A DNA stretch of 63,916 bases, the filler included, from Phoronis australis (lineage: Eukaryota; Animalia; Phoronida): NCBI GenBank assembly GCA_002633005.1. It is 8 parts of 8 records of this genome, joined end to end, with 100 filler letters (N's around TTAATTAATTAA, not from the genome) between each part and the next. Parts side by side here need not be neighbours in the genome. Positions count along the whole stretch, not along the records: positions 1 to 20,808 come from NMRA01000756.1; positions 20,909 to 23,083 come from NMRA01003813.1; positions 23,184 to 52,239 come from NMRA01001244.1; 5 more parts are not named here. One strand, given 5' to 3'. Under the pieces are notes generated by a model. The model was not told the origin of the DNA. It saw only the letters and a list, made by a program, of their open reading frames with translations, and searched no databases. The position numbers were made by a program, and so were the translations under genes. Shown here piece after piece: positions 14,901 to 26,300 of this stretch; positions within the stretch are counted from its first letter, which is position 1; every line of letters starts with the position of its first letter.

Positions 14901-17900
14901 CATGAAAATGAAGCGCAGCACCCGGAAATCTTTTAACTTCTGAACAACAAATCGCGCTCGACCTTTCACCTCATCACTTGCTTGGCCTGCAGATGTGACA
15001 TGTTCAAAATGAGCGACAATGATGGAGTAATCACAAATCAAAGCTTGGCAGGCCTTTTGAATGTGAGGAGTCCACCTCGTCCCACCAAGTCTGGTAGGCT
15101 TGATTACCTTCTCTTCCATGGACTCGGCGATGGACTTGAGCTTCCTTAATGCCTTCGGAGAGAAATGGTAGTGTTTATACAAATGTTTCAGTAAGTCATT
15201 GACTGTTTTCATTTCTCTGTGCTCGTTTACACAAATACTGACAGACAACTCCATCCTATGATTTACACAATGTGTAACAACAGCGTGTGGACTATTGGCT
15301 TTGAGCCGAGTTGCAACACTGTTACGTACTCCTACATTCACAGCAGCTCCATCACACCCAACTCCAACAAGTTTAGTTTGCCAATCCAAACCTAAAATAG
15401 AATCAATTCATTTTATTTTCAGACTGAAATGATATTACATTGCAGAGAATTCATATCTGCCAAAATCAACATGAATTGGGCTATCCAAAGAAGACCAAAT
15501 TTAACATCTAAAGCCACCTGCAAGCTTCTTCATAGCTGTATCAATGGCTGCAAAAACGCCCATCTGCATGGGCATGCTCAAGTTCTTCAATACCAACTAA
15601 AACTTCCCGCACCCGCCCATCTTCTACGAACCTAAAAATAGTACTCAGCTCAGTACATTCAAAACTTTTTATAAAGTTCTAATAAAACTGAATGAATTTT
15701 CCAATTTTTTCCAGAACAGGACAGCTAAATGGAATTCATAGTCTACCTGCAATACACAATCTCTATCTCGGATATGCTACAGTCAGTTGCACTATCAAAT
15801 AGAATGGCAACATAGTCAGCATTTGCCACCGATTCTTTGATAGGATCTCTAATTGCATAAGCTATGTAAGTGGAAAACCTAAAATATAAAGACAGAACAA
15901 ATCACATCACTATTGTTCACAAAACGTTAGTTTAAGTACATATTATTACCAAGTGAGTACTGCATGTACATATTTTTAAATAACACCAAATTTCATGTAC
16001 AGTCCAACTCTTTTTAATACACTAAGAAAGTTTAATTAGTCGCTAAATGGTCTTACCGCACACTTGCATTGTTTGGTGTGAACGAATTTGGCCAATATCT
16101 GACCAGTAACCTATTCTTTATGAGGTACAGTAATCAAACTTGTTAATTATTTAAGTTGTACAAAACACATTTAGATAGCTTACCGTAAGCCATATCTGAC
16201 TGGTACGATGCAACCTTGATAATATCAGACCCATTTTTTACTTGTAGATTAAGAAGTTTCGGGTATGATGTGAACGGCATTTCATTGCTCAGTACGAAAT
16301 ATGCAGTGTTGAACAGCTTCTTTTAAATTAGTGCTTCTTTATTTCTTTTACTGATTTTATCAGCAATGGCATCCAAAGGACCCAGGCAATCATTACCAGT
16401 TGCTCTGTTGTCAGCAACCTTGGCAGCACGTTCGCAATCCTTATGCTTTACCGACTCAAAATGACTTTGAATATTTGACTGTCTAAAATAGAAACATTTA
16501 TATATAAGGTGTGTCAAAACACTAGAAAGACGAATTAGCAGAGTAACTATGCTATCTGAACCATTGTCTCACGTTCACAAGTGCCAAAATAAGCTAGGAA
16601 ACTAACTCTAGACACATCTGTGTATTCATTAGTTTTTACGCCATCAGGCATTAAACTAGTCTGGATTTGTTTTGTTGTCTAACCTGAATTTAAATTTGCA
16701 ATCCATAAAAATCTTGCACAGTTTTGGTCATCGGTAGCTTATATTAGTTTAAATTCAAATTTTTACATATAATAATGCCACATATACTTTTATTTTTTAA
16801 TAAATAATTAATTTTTGAAAATAAATAGACCGCGAAAAAGTCACCCTTCAGAGTGACAATCCTTTTTAGCTTTTGCGCTTACCTCTACGACTTGCATCCG
16901 TTGACGAACGTGGTATTTCTATCTGTACTGGGGAAGCGCCGGCAAAAATCACAAGTCATACCTCGTTCGCTCTCACGCAGGCCAGGAAACCTATTTTCCC
17001 ACGATGGAATCCACCCACGAACTCTTTTTGTTTCATATAGTTGCTTTGATGAGTCATCATGGGATCGCTTTTTAGAAACTAAACCAAGGAAGGTATCCAG
17101 GCTGCCTTGTTTGAACATTTTGCCAGAGTGCAGACGATCGTAGTATCATGTGACAACTTATTCAGAAACTGCATGGCTAGTTCAGAGAATCGAAAGGATT
17201 TGACCGCGGGCGTCATCTGTGCACGCAGCATCACACTCGTTCTATTTTCCTTACGGTGCTCATTCAAAGACGGGAGATTCTTTGACGGCCACTGGGTTTT
17301 TCGACGGTATTTAGGTTTGTGTCGGGGTTCGTTATTTTGGAGCGACTGTCGAACAGACAATCTTAGGATCTACTTGCCTTGCGGCCAGCTTTTTTAACTT
17401 GCCCTTCGGGCAGGTACTTCTCAAATTCCACTTGCCCGATGCAAAATCTACTATGTACACGGGCAATCGGGCAACCGTTAGTGTTGAGCTCTGCATGTCT
17501 TGACCCAGTCACCCTTAGTGTACATTTATGATTTGACTTATTTGTAAATGCATTTCATACTTTGTGTTCAACACTGTGTTTTTTTAATACTTCCTTAGTT
17601 TTCACGTTCAAGAAAAGCTGATTATCGTAGAGTAATTTACTGCAGGGTCAAATGTTCTGTAAAGAAAAAAATATTTGTATTGCCTGGTGAAGGAATACGG
17701 CAGCTGCACATTCTGCCTATTCTGATTGAACCTTTAAAATGAGACAGTCTCTTTAAGAAATATTCCTATCTCTTGCAATGAACATTTATCACTTGAAGGT
17801 GTAGCTATTTCCCAATGACAATTCCCATAAACTAGCTGCTACCTGTGCTTTTGCACTTGATCTCTCTCCAACAACATGTATTTTGACACTTCAACGTCTC

Positions 17901-20023
17901 GCAAATTCTACCTCCCAAGTCAAGCATTAAAATTGACAACCGGATTATAAATTGGGCCAGTGTACATTCTTATTCACTGAATGAAAGTAGTTCACAAGTG
18001 GTCAGACCTAATTACCACGTTTATTACCTGCATCTAGAGACCAACAAATGCCTATTCAAATCACTGATAAAAGTGTGACCAGCTTATACTCCCTGAAGCC
18101 ACTAAGTTTGTTTCACAGTCAAAATAACGTAATGGGCTAAACACACAGACTTGTCAACAAGGTCCTATATAGCCTTTTTTCATGTCATTTGTAGCAAAAA
18201 TAGGGTTCGTTGATTATCCCAGACATATTTTTCACTTATTTACAGCTTTTCGTAATTTAATTAATTACTCGTCGTCTACTCCGGAAGTGACGTTTTGGGA
18301 GGCAAGAATTTCGCTCCAAATTCTTTTCCTGTAGTCTGACTGTATGTCCTACCTCGGTTGTGATAAGTTCGGTCGTCGTTTGCTTTTGTTTACAAGTCAG
18401 TCAACATACCACGCTGTTGCTGCCTACCGAGAAGTACTCATCATCGTCTCACGTACAGAGGAAGAACTGTTCCACTTGCCCAAGTGTCCCGCGACACACT
18501 CCCAGTGGATGGTGACATGAGCACCCAAACTGCTTACATCCCGCCGTGCGACTCCCTCGTGACACACGTGGCACCTTCTAAATAGCTCCAATACAAGTCC
18601 ACAATGAACTTATCAAACTTAGGCTCACCGATCTGTTCATTGGATGACGAACTGTCCTTTTCACTGGGTGTCAAACTGGGCCTGTATTCACTCCCACTAA
18701 TCTGCATCGCTGCAGGCCGGCTGCTGATAGGCTCTGGGCTAGACACAACAACACCAGGAATCACTGCTAGTTCCTGGAATTGCACGCTATGGGGTACGTT
18801 CGGAGGCATGGGTGACAGTAGATGAAGTGCCTCCTGTCACTGTTTATAGTGGCCACAGCTCGCGAGGCTTCTCGCTTCAAAAACGCACTTCTCAGGGGTG
18901 GCATCAGTGCCGGAAATCAACAGCGACGCTATGGAACCCTGCTTCAGGCATTGTTTCGCAGGGACCTTCATCAATTCAGTGTACATATCTCTGTCGTAAT
19001 CTGACGGCTGAAAATGTTTGCCACTGCTTTGTACATTGCGTGAACAGGTAGCGCTGCGTTCTTCACACGAACGCCTAGCCAAGTACAGCGAAGTGTGCCA
19101 TCCTTCGCAAAGCGATGCAAAGTACCCAAAGCGCGTGTGAGACGATAATGAGTACATCCTGGTACGCAGCAACAGTGTGGCATGTTGACTGACTCGTGAA
19201 CAAAAGCAAACGACGACCGAACTTATCACATCCAAGGTAGAACAATAACTGACTTCAGCTCTTACAGTCTAACAGTATTAAAAGAAATTGGCGCGAAATT
19301 CTTGCCTCCCAAAACGTCACTTCCGGAGTAGAGGACGAAAAATTAATTAAATTACGAAATGCTGTAATTAAGTGAAAAATATGTCTGAGATAATCAGACC
19401 TTATTTTTGCTAAAAGTGACATGAAAAAAGATTGCCTTCGCCGTTAAAGAAAAAACCACACTTTCTTACAAGTTGAATGATAATTAAGAAAATCACGACC
19501 AACAACCTTTTCAGATGTCAGCTAAGTGTTTGGGTGCTGCTTTATATACAAAATAATTGATTACTTTCAGTTTCTTACCAACTGTATGTGAAGTTTGACC
19601 AGCTTTGACGCGGCCACGTATGGGCACCCATCATAAGTACACTGAAACAAGAGTGAACCAAGATAAATTAAAGTCAAACATTTAAATAAAATGCACCCAT
19701 CAAAAATCAAAAATGCAACAAATTTCTTTCTAGATCACTGGTACACGGAAGTTATAGTAATTTTTAATCATGCTAAAGTGACAAATTATTTGCTTAATAC
19801 AATAATTCCAGAAAACTTTAACAAAAATCATTAAAACTTGCACCGATACTCAAGCTTCTGCAACAAAAAGCTCTATAAGGTACTTTGCAAGTGTGTTGCT
19901 TACCTTTTCATGAGCACTTGAGTGTTCTTCATACTTTTCCTCAGTCTTGAAGCCTTTATCACATGTATCACAGAAAAATGGAAATTCAGTGATGTCCCTT
20001 TTGTTAGGCTTTTTTTTCTTATT
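2983..20023 (-). CDS. NUFIP1: NUFIP1/Rsa1, box C/D snoRNP assembly factor; spliced, 5' exon(s) not resolved. Exons: 19904-20023, 19579-19641, 10889-10971, 9918-10010, 7598-7739, 7247-7337, 6375-6539, 4143-4294, 2983-3078
   Basis: Nine GT-AG exons with compatible phases. They give C2H2 fingers (CDTCDKGFKTEEKYEEHSSAH; CTYDGCPYVAASKLVKLHIQLQH), WIEDRKRNFPTAANI, LAACYGSSDEE and the conserved C-terminus PTLLQKLLASEMRHERNVILQCVRYIVKRDFF before the stop at 2983-2985. Confidence 0.93.
4677..4833. repeat. 50-bp tandem repeat, 3 copies
   Basis: TGCATATGCATCACTTGGTGGTTTGTATTTACGTTCATTTAAAAACAATG starts at 4686, 4736 and 4786. Confidence 0.95.
6692..6930. mobile_element. Shorter member of the same MITE family, opposite orientation, 6-bp TSD
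   Basis: Ends CGGAGCTTGGAATGACTAATGATAAAAAA and GGAAAATTCCAAGCCCTG match the termini of 1785-2280; TTGACA at 6686-6691 and 6931-6936. Confidence 0.8.
7791..9347 (+). mobile_element. Non-autonomous Helitron/Helentron-type (HINE/DINE-1-like) element with an internal tandem array
   Basis: Starts ACAAGAG; about 150-bp subunits in a roughly 450-bp higher-order repeat; (ACGG)n at 9276-9300; terminal hairpin TATGTGTCCACATAT-aa-ATATGTGGGCACATA (9312-9343) followed by an A-run. Confidence 0.7.
8114..9141 (+). promoter_or_regulatory. Eight co-oriented CTCF-like motifs (GCCACTAG[G/A]NGGC[G/A]C-like)
   Basis: Motifs near 8114, 8229, 8370, 8529, 8681, 8820, 8980 and 9125; for example TGGCCACTAGGTGGCGC at 8980 is close to the CTCF core consensus. 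Confidence 0.55.
9473..9629. mobile_element. MITE, possibly PIF/Harbinger-type
   Basis: Inverted ends CGTTCAGTAACGCTAGGACCT and AGGTCCTAGCATTACTGAACG, flanked by CTG/CAG; a related fragment lies near 42900-42990. Confidence 0.6.
11604..11785. repeat. About 27-bp minisatellite, about 7 copies
   Basis: Units TGACTGCCCATAATGCACTGTGCTCAC with small indels. Confidence 0.9.
13017..13153. repeat. 21-bp minisatellite, about 6.5 copies
   Basis: Units GACGTGTCACAATGTTGCATA; explains the repetitive ORFs at 12897-13169. Confidence 0.95.
13298..17493 (-). mobile_element. Full-length hAT DNA transposon in a NUFIP1 intron
   Basis: 17-bp TIRs CAGGGCTCAACATTAAC and GTTAGTGTTGAGCTCTG (2 mismatches); subterminal CTTGCCC repeats at both ends; flanks CATGACT and CATGTCT; internal transposase. 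Confidence 0.88.
13956..17118 (-). pseudogene. ZNF862-like hAT transposase, six exons, inactivated
   Basis: TTF-type Zn finger (W..RFP.L...CDFCR), LFNTAYF, catalytic motifs ILFDSATD and GCDGAAVN, HCVNHRMEL (CxxH), TRW and dimerisation motif LPVSSAICERGFS. Lesions: in-frame TAG at 16885, TAA at about 16323, and an apparent +1 frameshift near 15560 that breaks DGVFAAIDTAM. Confidence 0.85.
18160..19443. mobile_element. Foldback DNA element with about 280-bp TIRs and THAP remnants (Kolobok- or P/Galileo-like, superfamily unresolved)
   Basis: 18174-18453 is an inverted copy of 19137-19430; TTAA at the right end (19444-19447); no DDE domain seen. Confidence 0.75.
18900..19183 (-). pseudogene. Frameshifted THAP zinc-finger domain
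   Basis: MPHCCCVPGC...LHRFAKD..LR..W (ORF 18971-19183) continues in another frame as SGKHFQPSDY...LKQGSIASLL (ORF 18837-19235), matching the THAP CxVPGC / HRFP / W / CSxHF / AVPTIF pattern. Confidence 0.75.
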
Positions 20024-20808
20024 CTGCAAAAGAAAGAAAATGTGAAAATTAAAAAAAAATATCAATTTGTAGTGTAATTCTATTACCATTTCTATTAATA
20101 ATTACAGGAACGATATTGCTGGTTCTCGATTTTGAGAACCTAGTTTCACCCACTCAAGTGAATAACAGGCATCAGTGACTACCTGGTTACCAGAGTGCGG
20201 ATGTGTAGGCTTACAGCCTGTAAGCCTTACATGCCATGACCCTCATGTCGTGAACACATCCACTACCACAAAAAACTGTAGGAACATGGCATTTATCCAC
20301 CTTCACTCTTATCAGGCTTCTATTGTGAGTCAGCATGCGTGAATAATTGGCTGATAAGCCACCTCTGGAACTACTTTTGGCTGAATGGATGACCAGGCCA
20401 TAAAATGATAATTAGCCAAGACCAGTTACTATAATGCAACAATGTCTTGCATCACCTAGCCTTGGTGGAAAGCTGTATACTGTATTGGCTCAAACAAACG
20501 CTTAGAAAAATTCATTTCACGGGGAGGGGACGCTTATTGTAGTGAGCCTACGGCAGTTGAAACCCGGTTTCCCAAACGGGTAAAATCGGAAGCTAGGATT
20601 CATCAAATTTACGCTCTGTGACGTATTTGTAGCCTATGACAGCCTTTCTACAAAATTGTGGTGCATTGCTATCAACTTCCGTTGTTAAATTACGATAATT
20701 TTTCAAAAAATTGTGCTCATCACAGGGCGAAAACTTGCCGACTGATGCGTCGCTGAATCGCGATCGTCAATAGGAAAACTTGTACTCTTGAATAAAAATA
20801 TAGTTTCG

Positions 20809-20908
20809 NNNNNNNNNNNNNNNNNNNNNNNNNNNNNNNNNNNNNNNNNNNNTTAATTAATTAANNNNNNNNNNNNNNNNNNNNNNNNNNNNNNNNNNNN
20901 NNNNNNNN
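20809..20908. other. Artificial contig spacer; repeated at 23084-23183, 52240-52339, 55187-55286, 57655-57754, 60774-60873 and 62596-62695
   Basis: Identical N44-TTAATTAATTAA-N44 blocks; the core gives stops in all six frames. Confidence 0.97.
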
Positions 20909-23083
20909 GTCCATTATATTTGAACATGTGAACTCCATGAAGACAGGAGTGAACAGAGTTGTCCTGCCACCTGGTGGAAGACTCATCATCACTACATTTT
21001 TCACCATTTGTCCAATAACCCAGCATCTCTGAACCAGCTACAGCATTCTTTCTCAGGATAACATCAGCAGCTTTCGAAGTCTAGAAAAAGTAAGAGAACA
21101 TTACCTGAATTTGTAAGCAAGCTCTAAATAGCCAAACACCCTCTAACCTGCACAGAGATACCCATGACAAATTCACCAGTCAAATATTGCAACAAGTCAA
21201 AGAACATACAGTGTGCATTGAGCACGAGTTTAAACAATAACAAACTGTCAGTTCTTTGAATTCCAAGTTTTGAAATCAATTATTTTAAGTTCTATATCCA
21301 TATGCAGTCAAAATCAAAAGCTATTTTTTGAAAGAATCAGCTTTCAGTTTATAAAAGTCCACACTTATGAAATAAATGCTTAAATATTTTAAAAATATTA
21401 CTTTATTTTTAGTGTATCATTTGATGTCTCACAAATGTGCCGTACAAAACCAAACAGTGTTTGTACAGTGAACCACTACTAACAGTGCTAATGAAGAATG
21501 TCCTTTCTTTTTTCACCTGTCATTGAGAGTAGAAAAGTCATGAACAAAGGGGAACTCACAGGATAAAAGTCTAACGGGATTATTTGGATGCAGACAGTCT
21601 TATAAGTAGGACCTTTGGGTCACTAGCGTCACCAAGTGAATTTCAGGTTCTCCATTCTTCTCATCCTTTGATTAAATAAATTACAAAAACTCGTACCCAA
21701 TGCAATACTCCAGACCCAATGGTGACGTTAAATCACGTTTAATGACACATTAAATAACAAGAGTAACGCAGTGTTAACATGTGCCCATAACTGCACCGCA
21801 AATGGTATGCTTCAAGGTGTACGTAATTTAGTAGTACATTAAAATTGTCCATTAGATGGCGCAGAATATGTCAAACCCATTGGCATTGTCAACTCTGTGA
21901 CACAAAACTGTCAAACTTCACGAAAATCCATCAAGAAGCTCCAAAGATACTGAGGCAAATGTTAAGTAAACAAATTGCCATTTGGAACCACAGCGGTAGC
22001 TGGATAGGTCCATCTGCTGTAAATTAATAGGAACAAAGCACTTGCCAAATTTCCAAAAGATCCTACCAGGGGTTAGAGATACAGCTGCTGATTTAAAAAA
22101 CTGCAACTTGGGGGGCAAGAGTAGTTGGACCCGTCTGAAAATCAACATGAGTTGTGCTCTTGGTAGTAAGAACACAGCTGCCAATTTGCATAATGACCCT
22201 GGAAGAAGTTTGGCAGATACAGAAACAGAAAACAAAATAACAAACCAAAAATATTAATGAAAATGGCCACTGAGTGGAACAGAACATGTCAAATCATCCC
22301 AAAATGGACAGGTGATGTCATTTTCGTAACAAAAACTTCTTGTCAAATTTTATGAGAAACCGTCAAGGAACACTGAATCTGCACAGTGGCAGTTGGTCCG
22401 GTACAAAACTAGTCAGCTTCACCGGAACAAATGGGACAAATATCATTAAGACCTTCCACGAAGTTTAACTGATATAGCATAATGGACACACTGGACACTC
22501 AGAGAGATGACAGCAATGCACACCCACATATTCATTATGTGGGTGCATAACAAGAGATTGCAAGCCAAATCCAAAAAAGTTTACGAATACCAGTCCATCA
22601 ACCACACCTTACCATAATGCCAGCTACCCAGTTAAGGTTCTCAGGCTCCAACCGTCCATTGTACGTGCCCGGGAACAGTGTCAGAGTGACAAGGTTTCCC
22701 ACCAGTCTACTACCTTGACCTTCGACCTCAATACCATGACTGACAGTGTGGTGGATCACATTGTCCACAACCTCCAAGTTGTTGGTTCCAAACACACCTG
22801 ACATGGAACACGGGCCAAATATAGTGGGATAAAAAGCTATGATAGAATATGACCGAATTCAACAAACTGAGGTTAACAACAGGTAAAATTTCTTCAATAT
22901 TTTAAGTGTCATTAGAGTTGGCAACAAATGACCAATTTGTATGTTCACAAGAAAACAACATTAAGTGTGCGCATAGAATGGTCTTTTAACAAAAACCCAG
23001 ATAGTCACATCCTTACCAATGGCTGTGGAGAACCCATCATGGAAGGAGCAAGACTTGACATAGGACGGCAGTTCTTCAGTGAT
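20909..23083 (-). CDS. PKHD1L1: Fibrocystin-L (PKHD1L1-like), internal exons 23017-23083, 22613-22797, 20909-21080; truncated at both gaps
   Basis: Spliced PSYVKSCSFHDGFSTAIGVFGTNNLEVVDNVIHHTVSHGI...GNLVTLTLFPGTYNGR...NAVAGSEMLGYWTNGEKC...WQDNSVHSCLHG follows the parallel beta-helix region of PKHD1L1 as I recall it (HGFSPAIGVFGTDGL...WPGTYQ...DGEPC). Confidence 0.87.
21756..22550 (+). mobile_element. Second, diverged HINE-like element in a PKHD1L1 intron
   Basis: AACAAGAG start; CCATTAGATGGCGC and GCCACTGAGTGG motifs; 3' end GAGATGACAGCA...CACCCACATA-ttcat-TATGTGGGTG resembles 9300-9343. Confidence 0.6.
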
Positions 23084-23394
23084 NNNNNNNNNNNNNNNNN
23101 NNNNNNNNNNNNNNNNNNNNNNNNNNNTTAATTAATTAANNNNNNNNNNNNNNNNNNNNNNNNNNNNNNNNNNNNNNNNNNNNCAGACTAGTCGTCATCA
23201 CAGTGCATTAGATTGGCAAGTGACGATACACAGCGCAACTCTGGGGACAACTGAAAATAGGCCTATAAATCTAACCCAACTCTTAAAATTCCGGTCCTTG
23301 ATTACAGCAGGGAAAGTGGAACCATTATACATGTGTCCTAGGCGAATTACAAAAACCCGGATTCATACATTCAATCAACAGACAAAATACTTAC

Positions 23395-26300
23395 TGGGGA
23401 CATTCAGGCATTGGTACACGTGATAGTTTGTAATCACATAATTGCGCCCTACTCGGAAGCCGGACCCCACTCCTTGTGCGTCCGCCCGTGCAAGTAGAAC
23501 AACCGACTTCAGCGCATTGGCCAATGACTCGTGGAGCTCAGCCGATATCACGTTCTGACCCTGTTCAGGAAACTTGCCCAAAAGACAGGACTGCCTTACG
23601 GGCACAACTAGTGGGAAATAGTCTGAAAATGAGATGAATCGTCCTTAAACAGTGTATTTTAAGTACATGAAACTTGTAAACTTAGACGGGCAGTTACCGT
23701 ACACTTAAATTCACAAAATCGGCATTTATTTCGTTTTGATAGACCTACAATCCCCTGTAAACGAGCAAAATCTTGTTGACGTATACACCTGTACGCTGTT
23801 CCCCTCTAGCGAACATAGTTTGCCCTCATGAACCACTTTTCACTGCGTGGCGGACAAACACGCCCTGTTCCCGTGTATTATTCCTCCATTGCTGAGCGAT
23901 ACCACTTCCCCACGCACAGTCAAACTCGTTGGTGTTCATTTTATTTTTAAAATAAACCACTTGACGATTTCAGTACCTAACTATCATATAAAAACGCACT
24001 TTTCTCACTATAATGGTGATTGTCATCAACTTTCTTTAATTTCGGTGGAGAATTATCATTACGCAATCACTTGTGTTGTTTGCATCAAACGAGAATATAC
24101 GAGAAAACAAGGACATACCACACATACATGTAATTTTGTACACAAATAACATCTTCTTTGCATCATTAACCACCTTGTAATTATGAGTTATTGGTTCTTA
24201 ACAAAGATTTTGAAATTTTACAAAGTTAATGATTGCAATCAAAACTCATATAGTTGACTTTCTTGACCATTAGTTTATCTTACAGGAAGCCAATACATAG
24301 CTAGTTTCTACGTAATTCCTAGTCCTGGCTCGTAATACATTGACGATAGCCATTGATAACAATGGCATGCTTTCCGTTCAGAAGGCAATTGAAAAAATCC
24401 ACACTATTTACGAAATCATTTGCATATACGCTAAACCAAAAGAGGACCTAAACTTGAGGAAAAACCTGCGATGTGAAAATTTAGTATGTTTTTTGTTGTC
24501 TATCACGAGTGACTCAGAATACTGTAGCAGTGGTGGTTAAATCTTTGTGCTGAAACCGAATAATTGACAATTGCTGGGAACGTGTTTGTAAACAAGAGTT
24601 TTCACTTGGTTTATGTGTAAATGTTACATACTAGGTCACGGATGCCCGAGTGAAGGGAACTTCATTTTATTTTTAAAATAAACCGTAATCACTTGTGTTG
24701 TTTGCAGCAAACGAGGATATAACAATGACATGCTTCCCGTTCAGAAGGCACATGAAAAAATCAACAATATGTATAAAATCATTGGCATATACGCTAAAAC
24801 AAAAGAAGACAAAAACTTGAGGAAAAACCTGCGATATGAAAATTGAGTATGTTTTTTTCTGTTGTCTATTACACGTGACTCAGAATGGCAGTACTCTATC
24901 ACACGTGACTCAGAATGGCAGTAGTCTATCACACGTGACTCAGAATGGCAGTAGTCTATCACACGTGACTCAGATTGGCAGTAGTGGTTAAATCTTTGGG
25001 TTGAAACCGAATAATCGACAATTGCTGGGAATGTGTTTGTAAACAAGTTAGAGTTTTCACGTGATTTGCGTGCAAAGATTCGATACCAGGTCACGGATGC
25101 CCGAGTGAAGGGAACGGCAGATTTACAAAAACTTATTCGCGGGAAAGGTTGGTATGCTCGCAAGACGCGAAACGCAGCTATCCGGGACACGGGGGAATAT
25201 AGGTTGGCGAGAAGGTAATAGCATTCGCCTGAGACAAAATTTGTAAAAAGGCAAGGCCCAGCGGCAAGGGGAGAGGGGCAAGCAAGTAATAGTCACCTCT
25301 TGTCTTTGAATACATAAGACAGGTAATGAAATGAAACAAGCAGCGGTACTAGTCTTCTGGAAATGATGTCATCGTGCACTTCGTAGCAAGCTTTCGCCAC
25401 GCTATTGAGCTCTTAAGATGTCTCCATCAAAATATCGTTATACATAGAACTCAACGGTCTATGAATACTGGGTTTATGTATGTGTTATGTTACACTTAGT
25501 CACAATATATAATACCCATCAGCTTAGTATCCACACTCAGCAGTTGGACTGTGCCATCCTCTCTCTTTTTTAATTTTACGCAGACGTCCAACTCGCCGTC
25601 AGGAATGTCTGAACCTTTCGACTTTATGAAAGCCTCCAGCCCCGCTAATAACAGGTTCTTTTCATCATCGAAAGGAAGCAGATTTTCATCCGCGTCTTCA
25701 TCTGACGGTGATTTTCCGCTTTGCTGCTTGAATCGCATATGCTTCTACAGTGAACAACGATTTGCCAATTAAAGTAAAAGAAATATCTACACACAAGTAT
25801 TTACTACATTATGTTCCGAGCTGTTTAAATGATACAAAGATCCCCAATGCAGTGAGAGAAAACCTTACTTGTACCCGCCTAGGCGAGATGTATATTTATA
25901 ACAAAATAACACTGATACAACAAAAAAGAAAGAATTATCAGTCGTCTGACACGCCATCTGTTGGTTGCACCACGTGACCTATAGCTAAGTCTGAAAATAT
26001 CTCTGTCCAGATCGGGGTTCGAACACACGACTTCTCCCAATCGTGCAAATGGCGTTGATGACATTAATCACAAAATACGGTCTTTGTAGGAAGAATCTGA
26101 TTTTTTTCACTACTACATACCTCAAGAATTTTCTTTATATTCTCGATAGTCTCATCGTCGACTTTGTTAAAAAACATGTCACGATTGTCGCCACAGACAT
26201 CGTAAGCTGTTTGTCCGACCTGCAAGACACAACTTACCACCTTTAAGCTCACACTAAAGAGTAAAACAAGACACGTAAAATTTACTTCCTACCATGTGTT

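Noticed and set aside
2983-20023. Intronic box C/D snoRNAs hosted by NUFIP1
   Set aside because: I found no convincing C box/D box pair with a terminal stem by eye; an Infernal or snoscan search would be needed.
23184-23338. Next protease exon (HMYNGSTFPAVIKDRNFKSWVRF...)
   Set aside because: Phase fits, but the intron would be only about 56 nt, no catalytic motif is visible and the frame hits a stop; unresolved.
24741-25190. 149-aa ORF with DYCHSESRVI repeats
   Set aside because: Produced by a 30-bp tandem repeat inside an intronic duplication.
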